Of a stretch of 64,000 nucleotides of DNA, positions 12,968 through 24,699 are shown piece by piece (within the stretch, counting starts at the first letter, position 1; every line of letters starts with the position of its first letter). A program made the position numbers and the translations under genes. Below the pieces are notes generated by a model. It was not told where the DNA came from. It saw nothing but the letters and a program-made list of their open reading frames with translations, and searched no databases. Source of the DNA: Peribolospora baueri (Eukaryota); assembly GCA_029717555.1 (NCBI GenBank), contig JAMDHS010000020.1:186001-250000 (forward strand). Direction: 5' to 3'.

Positions 12968-15900
12968 TCACGTCTTCTTCCTCTTTCCCATCCCGCCTTC
13001 CACGCCCTCCGCACTCCTCTTTTTGATGTTTCGCACCAGCGCCGCCAACCCGTCCCCGTCCCCGTCCCCATCGCCCCCCTTTCCTCTCCCGCCAGCTCCC
13101 TCCGTCAACGCACCCCGCGCGCCTTCCCCTCCGCCGAGCGCTTTGGATCGGGCCGTTCGGCGCTTTTGGCTTTCTTCGATCAGGGACGACATTGCTTTTG
13201 TCTTGATGAAGCTGGTCGGTCGCACGGGCACGGAAGACGGTGGGGGTCAGTTTAAGGTCGAGCGGACAAGACAAACCGCGGCGACTCGACTCACTGAGGA
13301 TTGCTAGGATCGATGGCAAACTGATGGTCCTCGTGCAGCGCCGCGAACCTCGCATCCGCAACGTCGATTCGGAACCCGTCCTGCGTCTCGTTCTCCCTCT
13401 CCTCCGCCATTCTTCCCTTCTTGCCCCGTAGCCTCGCCTTGGCCTTGCGACCCAGCGCGGCGGCCTTTTCAGCCTTGATCACGTCGCTCATGTTGAAGTG
13501 CTCTTGCCCTTTCGCCCCTCCCCCTCCTGAGCCCTCTCCGCCGTCTCCTACCAGCAACGCGAGCTCGGCGCGCTCGCGATCGCGCGCCTCCCGCTCTTCC
13601 CGCGATAGCTTCTTGTTCTTCTTCTTCTTCTTGTCCCCTTCGTCGCCCTTGCCCTTCTTCTTCCCTTCACCCGTCCCTCCTCGTCCGCCGCCGTCGTGCT
13701 CGGCCAGCGCCGCCTCCATGTTCGGCTCCTCGTCGAAGAAGGCATCGTCAAAGCCGACCTCGCCATCGACGGATGCGACGCCGACCCCGTTCATCATCTC
13801 CGTCCCAGCCACCCCCTCCTCCTTCTCTATCTTCTTCAACTTCTTCGCCTCCTTCTTCTCCTTCTTCTTCCGCAGATACTTCTCTAGCGTAGTCTCGTTC
13901 TCCTCCTCCTCCTCCTCTTTGCCCTCCTTGGCCGCCTTTCTCGCCGCCGCCTCGCTCAGGCCAGGTGTAAAGGTAATGCTCATCTCACCCTTGGGCCGGC
14001 TATCGAAAAAATCTTCGCCGCCGTCTCGGATATTTCCGTCGTCGTCCAAGCCGAGCAACGCGCGTAGACGATCTCGCTCTGCCGCCTTGCGACGATCACT
14101 TTTCCCGTGCTTTTCAGTCGCCGATCCAGCTCCGTTGGATCCCGCCTCAGCGTCGTCGCCGCCCTCAGGCTCCGACTCGGAACCAGACGAGGCAAGATAT
14201 GGTTTAAAGTCGTCGTCGTCCAGCTCCTTCTCAGTCAGCAGTTGACGGGTGACCCTTTGCCGTTCTGGATCGTCTCCGTCCCACGTTAGCTTGACCCGAG
14301 AATGTCGGAGTGCCTGGAGAAAAGTAGAACAACGTCAAGCATGAGACGCACGGCCAGGAGAAGGGAAGCGAGAGGGCCACCCACATCCGTCTTAAAGTCG
14401 ATGGCTTTGTAGTTCCCAGTGTCTTCAGTTGCCTCATCACTGACAAGAGCGATCAAGCACGCACAGCGGCCTGTCAGTCTCTCGATTCCTGTCACACGTA
14501 TCATTGGAAGAGACGCAAAAGACACTCACCGCCACTCCTGGTCAAACTCCATGTCTTCGGGCACATAGCTTAAATCGAAGAAATTCGCAGTCCGCTCCAT
14601 CTCTGAGCCGTTCACTTCTTGGTAAACGTGCGCGGCCGTTTCGGCCGTGTCGAAAGTCGCGATGGCGTAGAAGTACCTTGAAAAAAAGAGGAACAAGCGT
14701 TGGATCAAGATCGATGTCAGTGTTAGTGAGGGTCGCTCGTCGACAAGTTGACGAGTGCCTCTGAACTGGTATTCACCGAAGTCTCTCCAACTGATACGTC
14801 CTCAAGGCTTTCTCGTCAAACTCCTCGCCCTCATCCACCTGAACGACCGCTTTTCTGAGTTCCTCATCATCCACTTCACTATCTTCCTCGTCCTCATCCT
14901 CACCCATGTCATCGCTAGCCTTGCCCTTGCCTTTCTTGTCCCCGATCGCCAACTTCTTCTTTCGCGCCCCAGCGCTCTGCCCCTTGAAAATCTCCTTCGG
15001 TGGGCCCTCGCGCTCCTCCCTCTCCATGCGCTCCTTTCCAAACTCGGATGGGTAGACGCGCACGCTAAGCACTTGGCCTCGAACTTGCGGAACTGCGGAA
15101 CCGGCTCCGTCTGTTCGGGAAGAGGAGTGGATAGTAGAGGGGCCTGCATCGACGGAGGCATTCGCTCCTTGGCGAGCTGTAGGCGAGACGAGGGAAGAAA
15201 AGACCTTGTAGATGTCCTTAGCTCGGACGTTGTCCCAATCCATGTTGACGGCGGCGATTCGGTTGGTCGGGTTGACGGGTGGACCATCCTCTTCTTCGTC
15301 CTCGTCTTCCACTGCCTTGCCCTTCCTCCTCTTCTTGAGCGCCTTCTCCTTTCCGGCTTTCGCAGCGGCTTTTGCCCGGGCGGCAGCCGCCTTCTCCGCC
15401 GCTCGTTGACCGGCCTTGATTGCCTCTGCAGCCTGCGCATCCAATGCGGCGAGCGTGCCGGCGTTTTCATCAAGGTCGATGTTCAAATCCCCATAGTCTT
15501 CTTCCCCCTCTTCCTCGCTCTCCTCCACGTCCGCGGCTTCCTGGGCTCTCTGCGCCGCCGCACGAGCGCGCGCGTTCGAGTCACCGAGCTCAATTTCCGA
15601 ATCGAGCTCTGAAGAGTCTTCAGCGCCAGACTCAGACTCTGAGCCTTCCTGGTCCTCTCCTTCATAGTCTTCCTCCTCCTCGTCTCCGGATGACTCCAGC
15701 AGCGCCTGACCACGAGCGTAGTCAACAAATTTCGCCCCAGAACCTTCTGTAGGCTCCGATTCAACATCACTAGGCCCATCATCGCCTTCTCCTTCTCCTT
15801 CCTCGTCGTCCTCGAGTCGGTAGAATCGACGCAATTGGGCTTGTTCGGCGGTGGCGGAGATGGGACGACCGTACCTGTCGACCTTGGCTGGTACATGACG

Positions 15901-16292
15901 GAGTAAAACGGGTTCAGATGTATTGGTATTTCCCGTGAGCCTTCTCCGCAGGAGCGGTCGCAGGACGCCGTACTCTAGCAAGGACGAAATGCGCCCCCTG
16001 CGTGATGAGGCGACAGTCGCAAACGGCCTCGTCTGGGCAGCCAGATTTAATAGCCTGTGCGCCCAGCTAACTCACCCTTGCGTTCTTTATTTCTTTTCCT
16101 GCCTCTTTCATCCCCATCGAAGAGCGCCTTGAACCTCTGATCAACGACGATCTTGGTGTCATCCTTCTTCGGCTTCAAAAACCTAGGATCGGTGTGCAGC
16201 CTCGCGAAACGAGGGTCGGCCACACGTGGAGCATGCTGCTTTGCCTTAGCCTTCGCACCCCCTTTGGAACCATCTCCTCTTTTCTCCGCCAT
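12968..16292 (-). CDS. ESF1: Pre-rRNA processing protein Esf1 (NUC153 domain)
   Basis: DPRFARLHTDPRF, VDRYGR, TNRIAAVNMDWD, VYPSEFGKERM, LRTYQLERLR|YFYA, FFDLSYVP, and C-terminal DARFAAL..HQFAIDPSNPQ. Confidence 0.95.
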
Positions 16293-16529
16293 GGCGAAGC
16301 GGTCGTGTGTGCGACAAGGAGGTGGTCGAAGGGAAAGAGGGAACGACAGAGAAGGACGAAGACGACCAGCCCGTCTTCTCAGCGGTGTGCATGAGCGCCT
16401 GAAAGCTTGCGGCGTGTGGGAGCCAAGTACATGAAGGTCACGTGCATCCGCCGTAATGCGCACGAGCCCCCTCAATGCACCTCGCCTTCCTCCTCCATTC
16501 CCTTTAATACTCCGACCCGTTCTCCCTCC

Positions 16530-17445
16530 ATGTCCTACTACTTCGTCATCGTCGGTACCCTCGACAACCCGCTGTACGAGCTTTTCCTACCCTCCAAATC
16601 AGCAGCCGCTGCAGCGGCAGCAGGCGACCGAAGCTCTTCCTCCTCGTCTTTCTTCTCATCTTCCAGCAACCCTGTCGCCCTATCCACGCCTCCGCGAGGG
16701 TCCGCTGCGGATGTGTTCGGGGACGGGGCAGGGGGAGAGCGCAATTACCGTGGATCGGGTGGGAGCAGTGTGTTTGGCCTGGGCGGTGCGTTTGGGGCTC
16801 TGGGGCTCGGAGGAGGCGGCGGCGCAGGCGGAACAGGCTCGATAGGAGCCTTGACAGGCGGCGCTCACGCCGGATCCGGATTGGGGATAGGAAAGTACAC
16901 GGATCGACACGTCATGCAGATCGTGGCACATAGCAGCTTGGACGTAGTCGAGGAGGTGCAGTTCTTGAATGGAGCCATGTACCACAAGACGCTTGATCGC
17001 GTAGGCGAGTGGGTCGTGTCCGCCTTCATCACACCTAACAGTGAGTCGCCGTGGTCTATCCCAGATGGCTGCTAGCGAGGCTCGCCTTTTTCGCTGCCCC
17101 CTAAGGTCGTTGTGTATGCTCTCCGGATTGTCACTCTACTTCAGACGTCAAGTTTATTATCCTCCACGAGACGAAAAACGACGACGGCATTCGCCATTTC
17201 TTTACAGACGTGTGGGAGACATTTGTAAAAGTGCGTCTTTCCCCTCGTGTCATGAGGACGCTTCTGTCTTAGCTTTCTCGGTTGTTCTCTGTATCATTCA
17301 CATTTGACTGGTCCGCTCCCGGCGCTCAATTTTTTTTGCCTCCCCTACACAGACCCTCATGAACCCCTTCCACTCGCTCAACGACCCCATCCAATCAACA
17401 ACTTTTGATGCGAGAGTGCGGGCAAGCGCCAAGAAGAATCTATAA
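16530..17445 (+). CDS. TRS20: TRAPP complex subunit Trs20 / sedlin
   Basis: MSYYFVIVGTLDNPLYE, HSSLDVVEE, KFIILHE..NDDGIRHFF, MNPFH and FDARVRASAKKNL*. Two introns. Confidence 0.93.
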
Positions 17446-17817
17446 ATGGCGTCCGTCCATTGCTCTTGGTTATCACCGTCGTCCCTCCTTCTCGCCTTTG
17501 CAGAGCGGCAGCATGCGCACAATGTTCTCCCTGTCTTCCCTGTGCTGTTGACAGACGGATCGGTGTCGCATTAGCCCCTGCGCCATATCTCGTTGTGGCT
17601 TGCCACGAATACACCCTCCATCGCATACAAGTAAAGCTCACCGAGCGGTCAGACAGAGCAGAGCAGTTCAACCCGACGTATTGTGTACACGCAAAAGCAC
17701 GAGCAAAGACAGCACTGACGAACGATTACAGGAACAGGGGGCTGAGGACGACGACATGCGAAAAATCCAACGACTCCCGCGGTTGTACCATCTCTTCCCT
17801 ACCGCCTCTTCATATCT

Positions 17818-20177
17818 TTATCGCTTCGATGGATTCGCTCCGCCGACCTCCTCCTCAGCGTGCCTCTTGCCCCTCAAAGTTGTTCTCCCTCCCCTTCCTC
17901 TTCCCCTTCCTCTACTCCGCCGCCCTCTCCTTCCGCCCTCACCCTGCCCGTCCCTTTCCTGCCCGTCCTCCTCGTCCTCTTTGTCGTCCTCCTCGTCCTC
18001 TCTGTCGTCCTCCTCGTCCTCCTCCCCTTCCTCATCAAGTTCCTCCTCGGGCCTCTCGAGTCCGAAGAAAGCCCTCACGACGGCTTCAACGGCGCGAGAC
18101 ACGGGCCGACCTCCTGCAAGAAGACGCTGGAAGTGGGAGTCGAGTGAAGCGAGCAAGGACGCTGAACGCGGGGTCACTGAGGAAAGAAGGTCGGCAGGTC
18201 ACCGGGGGACAGCGGTTAATGACGAACAAGGTTGGTGGCACGACCCAGACACGAGCGTCGGATCGCCAGGGCACCAACGACCGAAGAAGCGAGAGATGAG
18301 ATGGAGAAAAATGCTTGACTCACCACCGTTCGGCACCCTGGGCAGCAATGAGAGGTTGGGAGACGCTCTTCCTGTGGAAGGGGAAAAGTCGAGCGACCAG
18401 GCCAGTACTAGCTCTGCTCCCCGCCGATTCCGGAAACTCAGTGTCTCCTCCATCCAAACGGCGGCGCTACCGCTCTCAACCTCCCCTTGCCTGTCTCCAC
18501 CGCGACCGGATTGTCTGTCTTCCTCTTCCTCGTTGTCCTCGTCGCACAGCTCCGGAAAGGTCATCCTTAGGCCTTGAAACACAGAACGGCGCCGGGAGGA
18601 CTGGAAGAGGTAGGAGCGCAGTGCGTGGAAAAAGTGGGGCAAAAGGCGATCTCGTTCGATGCTGGTGTAGCGGAGGAAAAGAACGGCGCGACACGAGAAC
18701 AGCCCCGGGAGCAATGCAGGGACGCGAGCGAAGCCCTTTGCATCAGCGTTGGATCGGGTAACAAAAACGTTTCCGACCAGGAAGAGTCGCGGCTCACCGC
18801 TCCAACGCCCCACTCAAACCAGCCCTGATCCAAGGAGCTACGCGCACGTCGAGGCGCACAACGCGTAGCTCGGGCTCGTCTACGTGGAAGGAGATAGAGA
18901 ACGGTTCACGAAGACAGAGACCAGACATATCGTGTTGGCGGAGGTGGCCTATGCACCAAAATGCAAGGAAAGAAAGGGTCGTAATTAGCATGACCCCTTT
19001 GCGATGAATAGATGGTCCAGTCGCTGGTCACTCACGTCCATCGGAGGCCGAGACGAGGTGATTATCATAAGAGGTAATGTCAATCCTCGTGAACTCTCGT
19101 AGTCGGTCGAGCTGAATGAAAATAGCGAGTGCAAGGTAAGATAGAATGAAGGTGGGAGACGCAGGTTAGATTGGCGACCAAATCCCGAATAGAATTGCTA
19201 TGTAGAAAGGGAATGGAAGAAAAGGAGAGAACGCTCTCACCAGTCGACGATATGCCTCCTCCCTCGTCTTGCGTGCTCCCTCCGCTGCCGCCGCCGACGT
19301 TGCGACGTCCGGTGCAGCCTCCACTGACGTCGTCGGCGCCGCGGCAAAGAGTGAAAGTGGACCACCAAGGAGGGAAGCCGAAGCTGAAGAAGAGCTGGCC
19401 CTGTCTAGTGGACTCGCGGATACTTGAGCTAGGAGAGAGCGTTCGTTCACTGCGAGGAGGCGAGCACTGCGTGGGCGGATTATATGGAAGGTACGAATAA
19501 GAAAAGGGAAAAAGAACAGTTAAATATACAGACCGGTGAGCAAAGCGTCCAGAAGGACGCAATTGACCCCGGCATGTGGAATGGTTGGTCAAGAAAAGCC
19601 ACGTACATGAGATCGTCATCTCCCACTTCGCCCCCATCCCCTTCCTGCAGTTCGAGCTCCGTAGAGTTGTCCTCGCCATCGCCGTCCCTCGCCCTCTCCT
19701 TCCCCTTCTCCCGCCGCCTCCCCTCTCGGATCCTTTCCTCCAGGACATTCGCCTCTGCCTCTTCAATCCTCAGCTGGGCAATCAACCTCGCCCTTTCCGC
19801 TGCATCAATCTTAATACCTTGCTGCTGGTTCTGCTCGCTTGGCTGCTGCTGCTGCCTGTCCCTGGAGGTGCCTAATGGAGGCGCACGATAGGATGGAAAA
19901 GGTGGGGAAGAGGATCCCGCGGAAGAGGAAGCTGTCGGCGAACGTAGCGGGATGTGGCCTACTGAGGTCTATAATGGTGCACGAGGGGGGGGAAATAAAA
20001 AGGCAGGCAAGAGCGCAGCAAGAGAAGGATTTCGGCTGAGCAACATGTCGACGCTTGCTTCTCGGACAACCAACACGCTTCCCCGCCGCTCACCCGTTCC
20101 GACGCCGTCCTGCCGCCGGGCCCCGAAGGCGTGCCTAGATAGGGATTAGGCGAATGCGCGGTGGAGATGCGGGACAT
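17818..20177 (-). CDS. Probable kinetochore CCAN subunit CENP-P/Ctf19-like protein; multi-exon
   Basis: Coiled-coil N-terminal region, then spliced LDRLREFTRIDITS..HDMSGLC..FSISFHV..ERIERDRLLPHFFHALRSY..RRRSVFQGLRMTFP..GAELVLAWSLDF..GRASPNLSLLPRVP..FQRLL..AVEAVVRAFFG. This follows the tandem-RWD pattern I recall for CENP-P. Acidic and RGG/basic tail. Confidence 0.7.
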
Positions 20178-20511
20178 GGCCGGGCGTTGAAGAGCGCTGA
20201 CATGCCTCCTCGCGCGGCCTGTGCGGGTTCAGCTGGTCTGGGTATGTAAGTGGAGTGTGCGCCTTGGGTGGGATGGATGATCGACGCGGTCTTCAACGCG
20301 GCGCGCGTCCTGCCGCAGTCGCCCAAATGCCTTGTCCGCTTGTTTCCGTTCCGTGTGCTGCGGCAGCAACCCTACTTCCTGACGGGACGCGCGTCGATGG
20401 GCACCATGACGAGGTGATCGGCCCACCTTTTGTCGCCTTATTCCAGTCTCACGAGCTGCCTGCTTTGTCTTCTCTCCATCGTCTACAACTCGCCGCCACT
20501 CTGAGAGAAAT

Positions 20512-23500
20512 ATGGCGGCCTCTCTCACTTCCGCAGGTGAGCAAAAGGCTCGAATGGTTTTGTTTTGATATATCGCTGACGCTCTACTGATGTCCTTCTG
20601 TGTCTACCACCGTGGCCGAGCAGCCGGCGTCATCGCCCTACTGGACGAGGACGAACCAGAACTTCGGGCGTATGCGTTGCAGACGCTCAATTCCATCGTG
20701 GATTTGTTCTGGGCGGAGATCTCGGACTCGGTTTCGAAGATGTGAGCTCTCTACCGTCTTTTTTCTGGGACTCGAGAACGTACTGACGAGCAAATCCTTC
20801 ATTTCTTCTTGTGGCGACCTTCAGCGAAGTCCTGTACGAGGACCCCAGGTTCCCGAACCGCGAGCTGGCCGCCCTCGTTGCTTCCAAGGTCTACTTTTAT
20901 CTCGGCGAGTTTGACGAGGCTCTGGCGTTTGCTCTCGGCGCTGGATCGTTGTTCGACATCTCCAAGCACGATGAATACGTTGAGACGGTCATTTGTGAGT
21001 GCAACTTTTTTACACGCGAGAAGGCCCCTTCGCTGTTATGCTTGAACCGTATTCATAAGGATTCCTGCACTGCTTCTCTTTTCTTATGCAGCCAAAGCCA
21101 TTGAGAAGTACATCGCGCTTCGCTCCTCCCCGACTTCAGAGACTCCCATCGACCCACGTCTCAAGTCGATTGTCGACCAGATGTTTAGTCGCTGCATCGC
21201 CGACAAGGAGTATCGGCAGGCGCTCGGCATTGCGCTAGAGGCGAGACAACTGGAGGTGGTTGAAGAGATTTTCAATGTTACGAAAGATCGAGCCCTCTTG
21301 CAGTACACCCTTGACGCGGTCATGACGGTAGTGCAGAGCTTAGACTTGCGAAACGAGGTGCGTTGTCCTAGAAGCGTAAGTGACGGTCTATTCTTTACTC
21401 ATCTGTTTTTATTGCGTGTCTTCCATCTTCACAGGCTTTGCACCTGCTCGTCAGGTTATTCCAAGCCCTGCCTTCTCCAGATCATTTCTCCATCTCGCAA
21501 TGCTTCGTCTACCTCAACTCCCCCTCTCTCGCCTCTCAGCTGCTTCTCGACCTTGTCTCGAAGCCGTCTCCTCCAGAGCCCTCTGCTTCTGACTCGCTCC
21601 TCATCGCATATCAACTGGCCTTCGACTTTGCCGAGAGTGCCACGCAAGAGTTCTTGGAGAACATGAGGGAGCAGCTGGGGGGAAAGAAGAAGGCCAGGGA
21701 AGAGAGTGAGGAAGTTGAAGTTGAGGACGCCAACCCGGTCAATGGAGAGGTAGGTTCGTTCCCACGTAAGGCAGCTAGTAGTCTGTTCGCTCATGTCGCA
21801 TCGCATTGAAATTCGACAGACGTCCACAAAGGATCATATTGAACGGATACGAAGCATCCTCTCTGGCGAGGAGACTATCCGACTGTATTTAGAGTTCCTG
21901 TTCCGCAACAATCATGCTGACTTGCTGATCCTCAAGAACACCAAGGACGCCCTCGATGCTCGCAATTCGCTCTATCACTCCGCCGTGACTTTCGCCAATG
22001 CGTTCATGCATGCCGGCACCACTTCGGACAAGTTCCTCCGGGAGAGCCTCGGTTGGCTCGCGAAGGCCAGCAACTGGTCCAAGTTCTCCGCTACCGCCGC
22101 CTTGGGCGTCATTCACAAGGGACACTTGGCCCTGGGTCGACAGATCTTGGAACCCTACCTGCCGCAAGAAGGCATCACCGGCAGTGTGTACTCTGAAGGT
22201 GGAAGTTTGTTCGCGCTCGGTCTCATCCATGCCAACCACGGACAGGGTGTACAGGAGTACCTGAAGAATGCGCTCAAGAACAACCAGAATGAGACGCTTC
22301 AGCACGGTGCAGCTCTGGGACTCGCTGTCGCAAGCATGGCTACCGGAAATGAGGGTGAGTGCTAAATGGTTGCTCGTGTATGGGCGGGAAGGGTCCTCAC
22401 CTGTCGTCTGTTCATCGCTGACGGTGCACAGAAATCTACGAGGAGCTCCGCACTGTCCTCTACTCCGACTCTGCGATCGCCGGTGAGGCGGCGGGCTACG
22501 CCATGGGACTCGTGATGCTGGGCACGGCTTCGGAGAAGGCGTTGGATGAGATGCTACAGTACGCGCATGAGACTCAGCACGAGAAAATCATCCGCGGTCT
22601 CGCTATGGGTATCGCTATGCTCATGTACGGTTGCGAGGAGAAGGCCGATGGACTGATCGACACGCTCATGGGCGACAAAGTATGTCACGGATTGCACAGC
22701 TCTTAACGTTCTCTACCGATTGCTTATTCCGCATCTACTTTTGTTCTCTCCAGGATCCCATTCTTCGCTACGGAGGCATCTATACCGTTGCCATGGCTTA
22801 CGCTGGATCTGGTAACAACAAGGCCATTCGGCGACTCCTCCACGTCGCAGTGTCCGATGTCAGCGATGACGTCCGTCGCGCAGCTGTCACCGCCGTTGGC
22901 TTCCTGCTCTTCCGCAATCCCACTCAGGTGCCACGGATTGTCCAGCTGTTGAGCGAGAGCTACAATCCCCACGTCCGGTACGGTGCTACGCTTGCGCTAG
23001 GCATCGCTTGCGCCGGGACAGGTCTGGACGTGAGTCTCGTTTTCTTAGATAAGGCAACGAGTACGCTGCTGTTTCTAACTCTCCTTCCCTCCCACTCTCC
23101 CCACTTGCAGGAGGCAATTGATCTTCTGGAGCCCATGACTAAGGACCCTGTTGACTTCGTGCGGCAAGGCGCGTTCATCTCGCTCGCGATGATCCTCATC
23201 CAGCAGAACGAAGTTCAGAACCCACGGGTGTCGACTGTGCGCAGCCTCTACGCCAAGGTCGTGGCTGAGAAGCATGAGGAGACGATGGCCAGGTTCGGTG
23301 CTGCACTCGCCCAGGGTATCATCGACGCCGGAGGCCGCAACGTGACGATAGGTTTACAAGCGAAGAATGGCAGTGCCAACATGAGTGCCATCGTGGGCAT
23401 GGCCATGTTCACCCAGTTTTGGTACTGGTTCCCGCTCGCCCACTTCGCCAGTCTTGCCTTCACGCCTACTGCCATCATCGGCGTCAACCGGGACTTGAAG

Positions 23501-24409
23501 GTGAGTCTCATGGCGCTTCCTTGCGTCTTTGAGCTGGCTAATGGATACGAGCTGATGCGAACGCCGCATGTGTTACGTTTTCTACAGATCCCTGAATTTG
23601 AGTTCATATCCAAGGCCAAACCATCGATGTTCGCCTACCCACCACCCGTCAAGCCTCCAACGAAGGAGACGGTGGAGAAGGTGGCGACTGCCGTGCTTTC
23701 CACGACGGCCAAGGCACAGGCCCGGCAGAGGGTCAAAGAACGAGAAAAGGCGGAGAAAGAAGGCGAATTGATGGACACGGACGAGAAAGTTGGTGAGAAG
23801 TCAGAAAAGATGGATGATGCTATGAAGACGGACGAGCCTGAAGGGTCAGGCATCGCTAGCGCGGAGAAGGAGAAGGAGGGCAGGGAGGGCAAGGAGAAGA
23901 AGCGACGGGCGGCGGAGCCGTCGTTTGAGAAGGTGCCCAACCTATCTAGGGTCACCCCGGCTCAGCTCGAGTACGTCAGTTTCCCTCCCGACTCCCGCTA
24001 CCTCCCCGTTCGACCAGTCGCACCAGCCATCTCTGGCACCGCCGCCCCGAGCGGCGCAGCTACGCCTGCTCCGGGTACGTGGACTCCGAGCGCCGCTGGT
24101 AAGGGCAAGGCGCAGACGACCTCGCTCGCCTCCGCTCCGCCCCCTTCGACCGTCGCGTCCTCCCCAGCCGCAGCCGGCCGCGGGGGTGGGATCTTGGTCC
24201 TGGTCGATCAGACACCCGGGGAACCTGCCAAGTTCCTCGAGCTCAAGGCCGGCGAGGACACGGCAGCGGCGCCCGCCCCCGTGGCAGAAAGCACGGGCAC
24301 ACCCATCCCTGTTGGCGGTGGTAACGCTAGGAGCAACGCGCCGGAACCGGACGTGCCGGAGGCGGAGATGCCAGAGCCGTTTGAGTATCCGTTCGACCAC
24401 GATGTGTAG
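20512..24409 (+). CDS. RPN2: 26S proteasome regulatory subunit Rpn2
   Basis: [43 protein letters not shown] repeats, [17 protein letters not shown] and C-terminal PEPFEY. Confidence 0.97.
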
Positions 24410-24699
24410 GACTAAGTAGACCCCAGCCGTCGGCGTGGCCAGGTGTAGATATGAAGGAGATCGAACGACGACTCAAGACAGCCAGTCTTTAACATAAGCG
24501 AGAACTGTCACGTGATACGTGGCCGGCCGTAGGAAGCTATGCCGTTCCGAGCCCGATCACTTGAGGCGGGGGTCTTCGCCGTCATCGCTCACCGTCATTA
24601 CGACCACCGCCAGCACCCTTGAATAAACTCCTGCCTCGGCATAGGGAAAGGCCCCCGTATCTTGTTCTTTTCAATATACTTTCTCCTCATCCGTTTGTC

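Noticed and set aside
13421..15612. Long + strand ORFs (274 and 285 aa) opposite ESF1
   Set aside because: Antisense shadows of a GC-rich, Glu/Lys-rich gene, with no recognisable motifs.
19052..19090. Apparent stem-loop suggesting an ncRNA
   Set aside because: Lies within a coding exon of the CENP-P-like gene on the minus strand.
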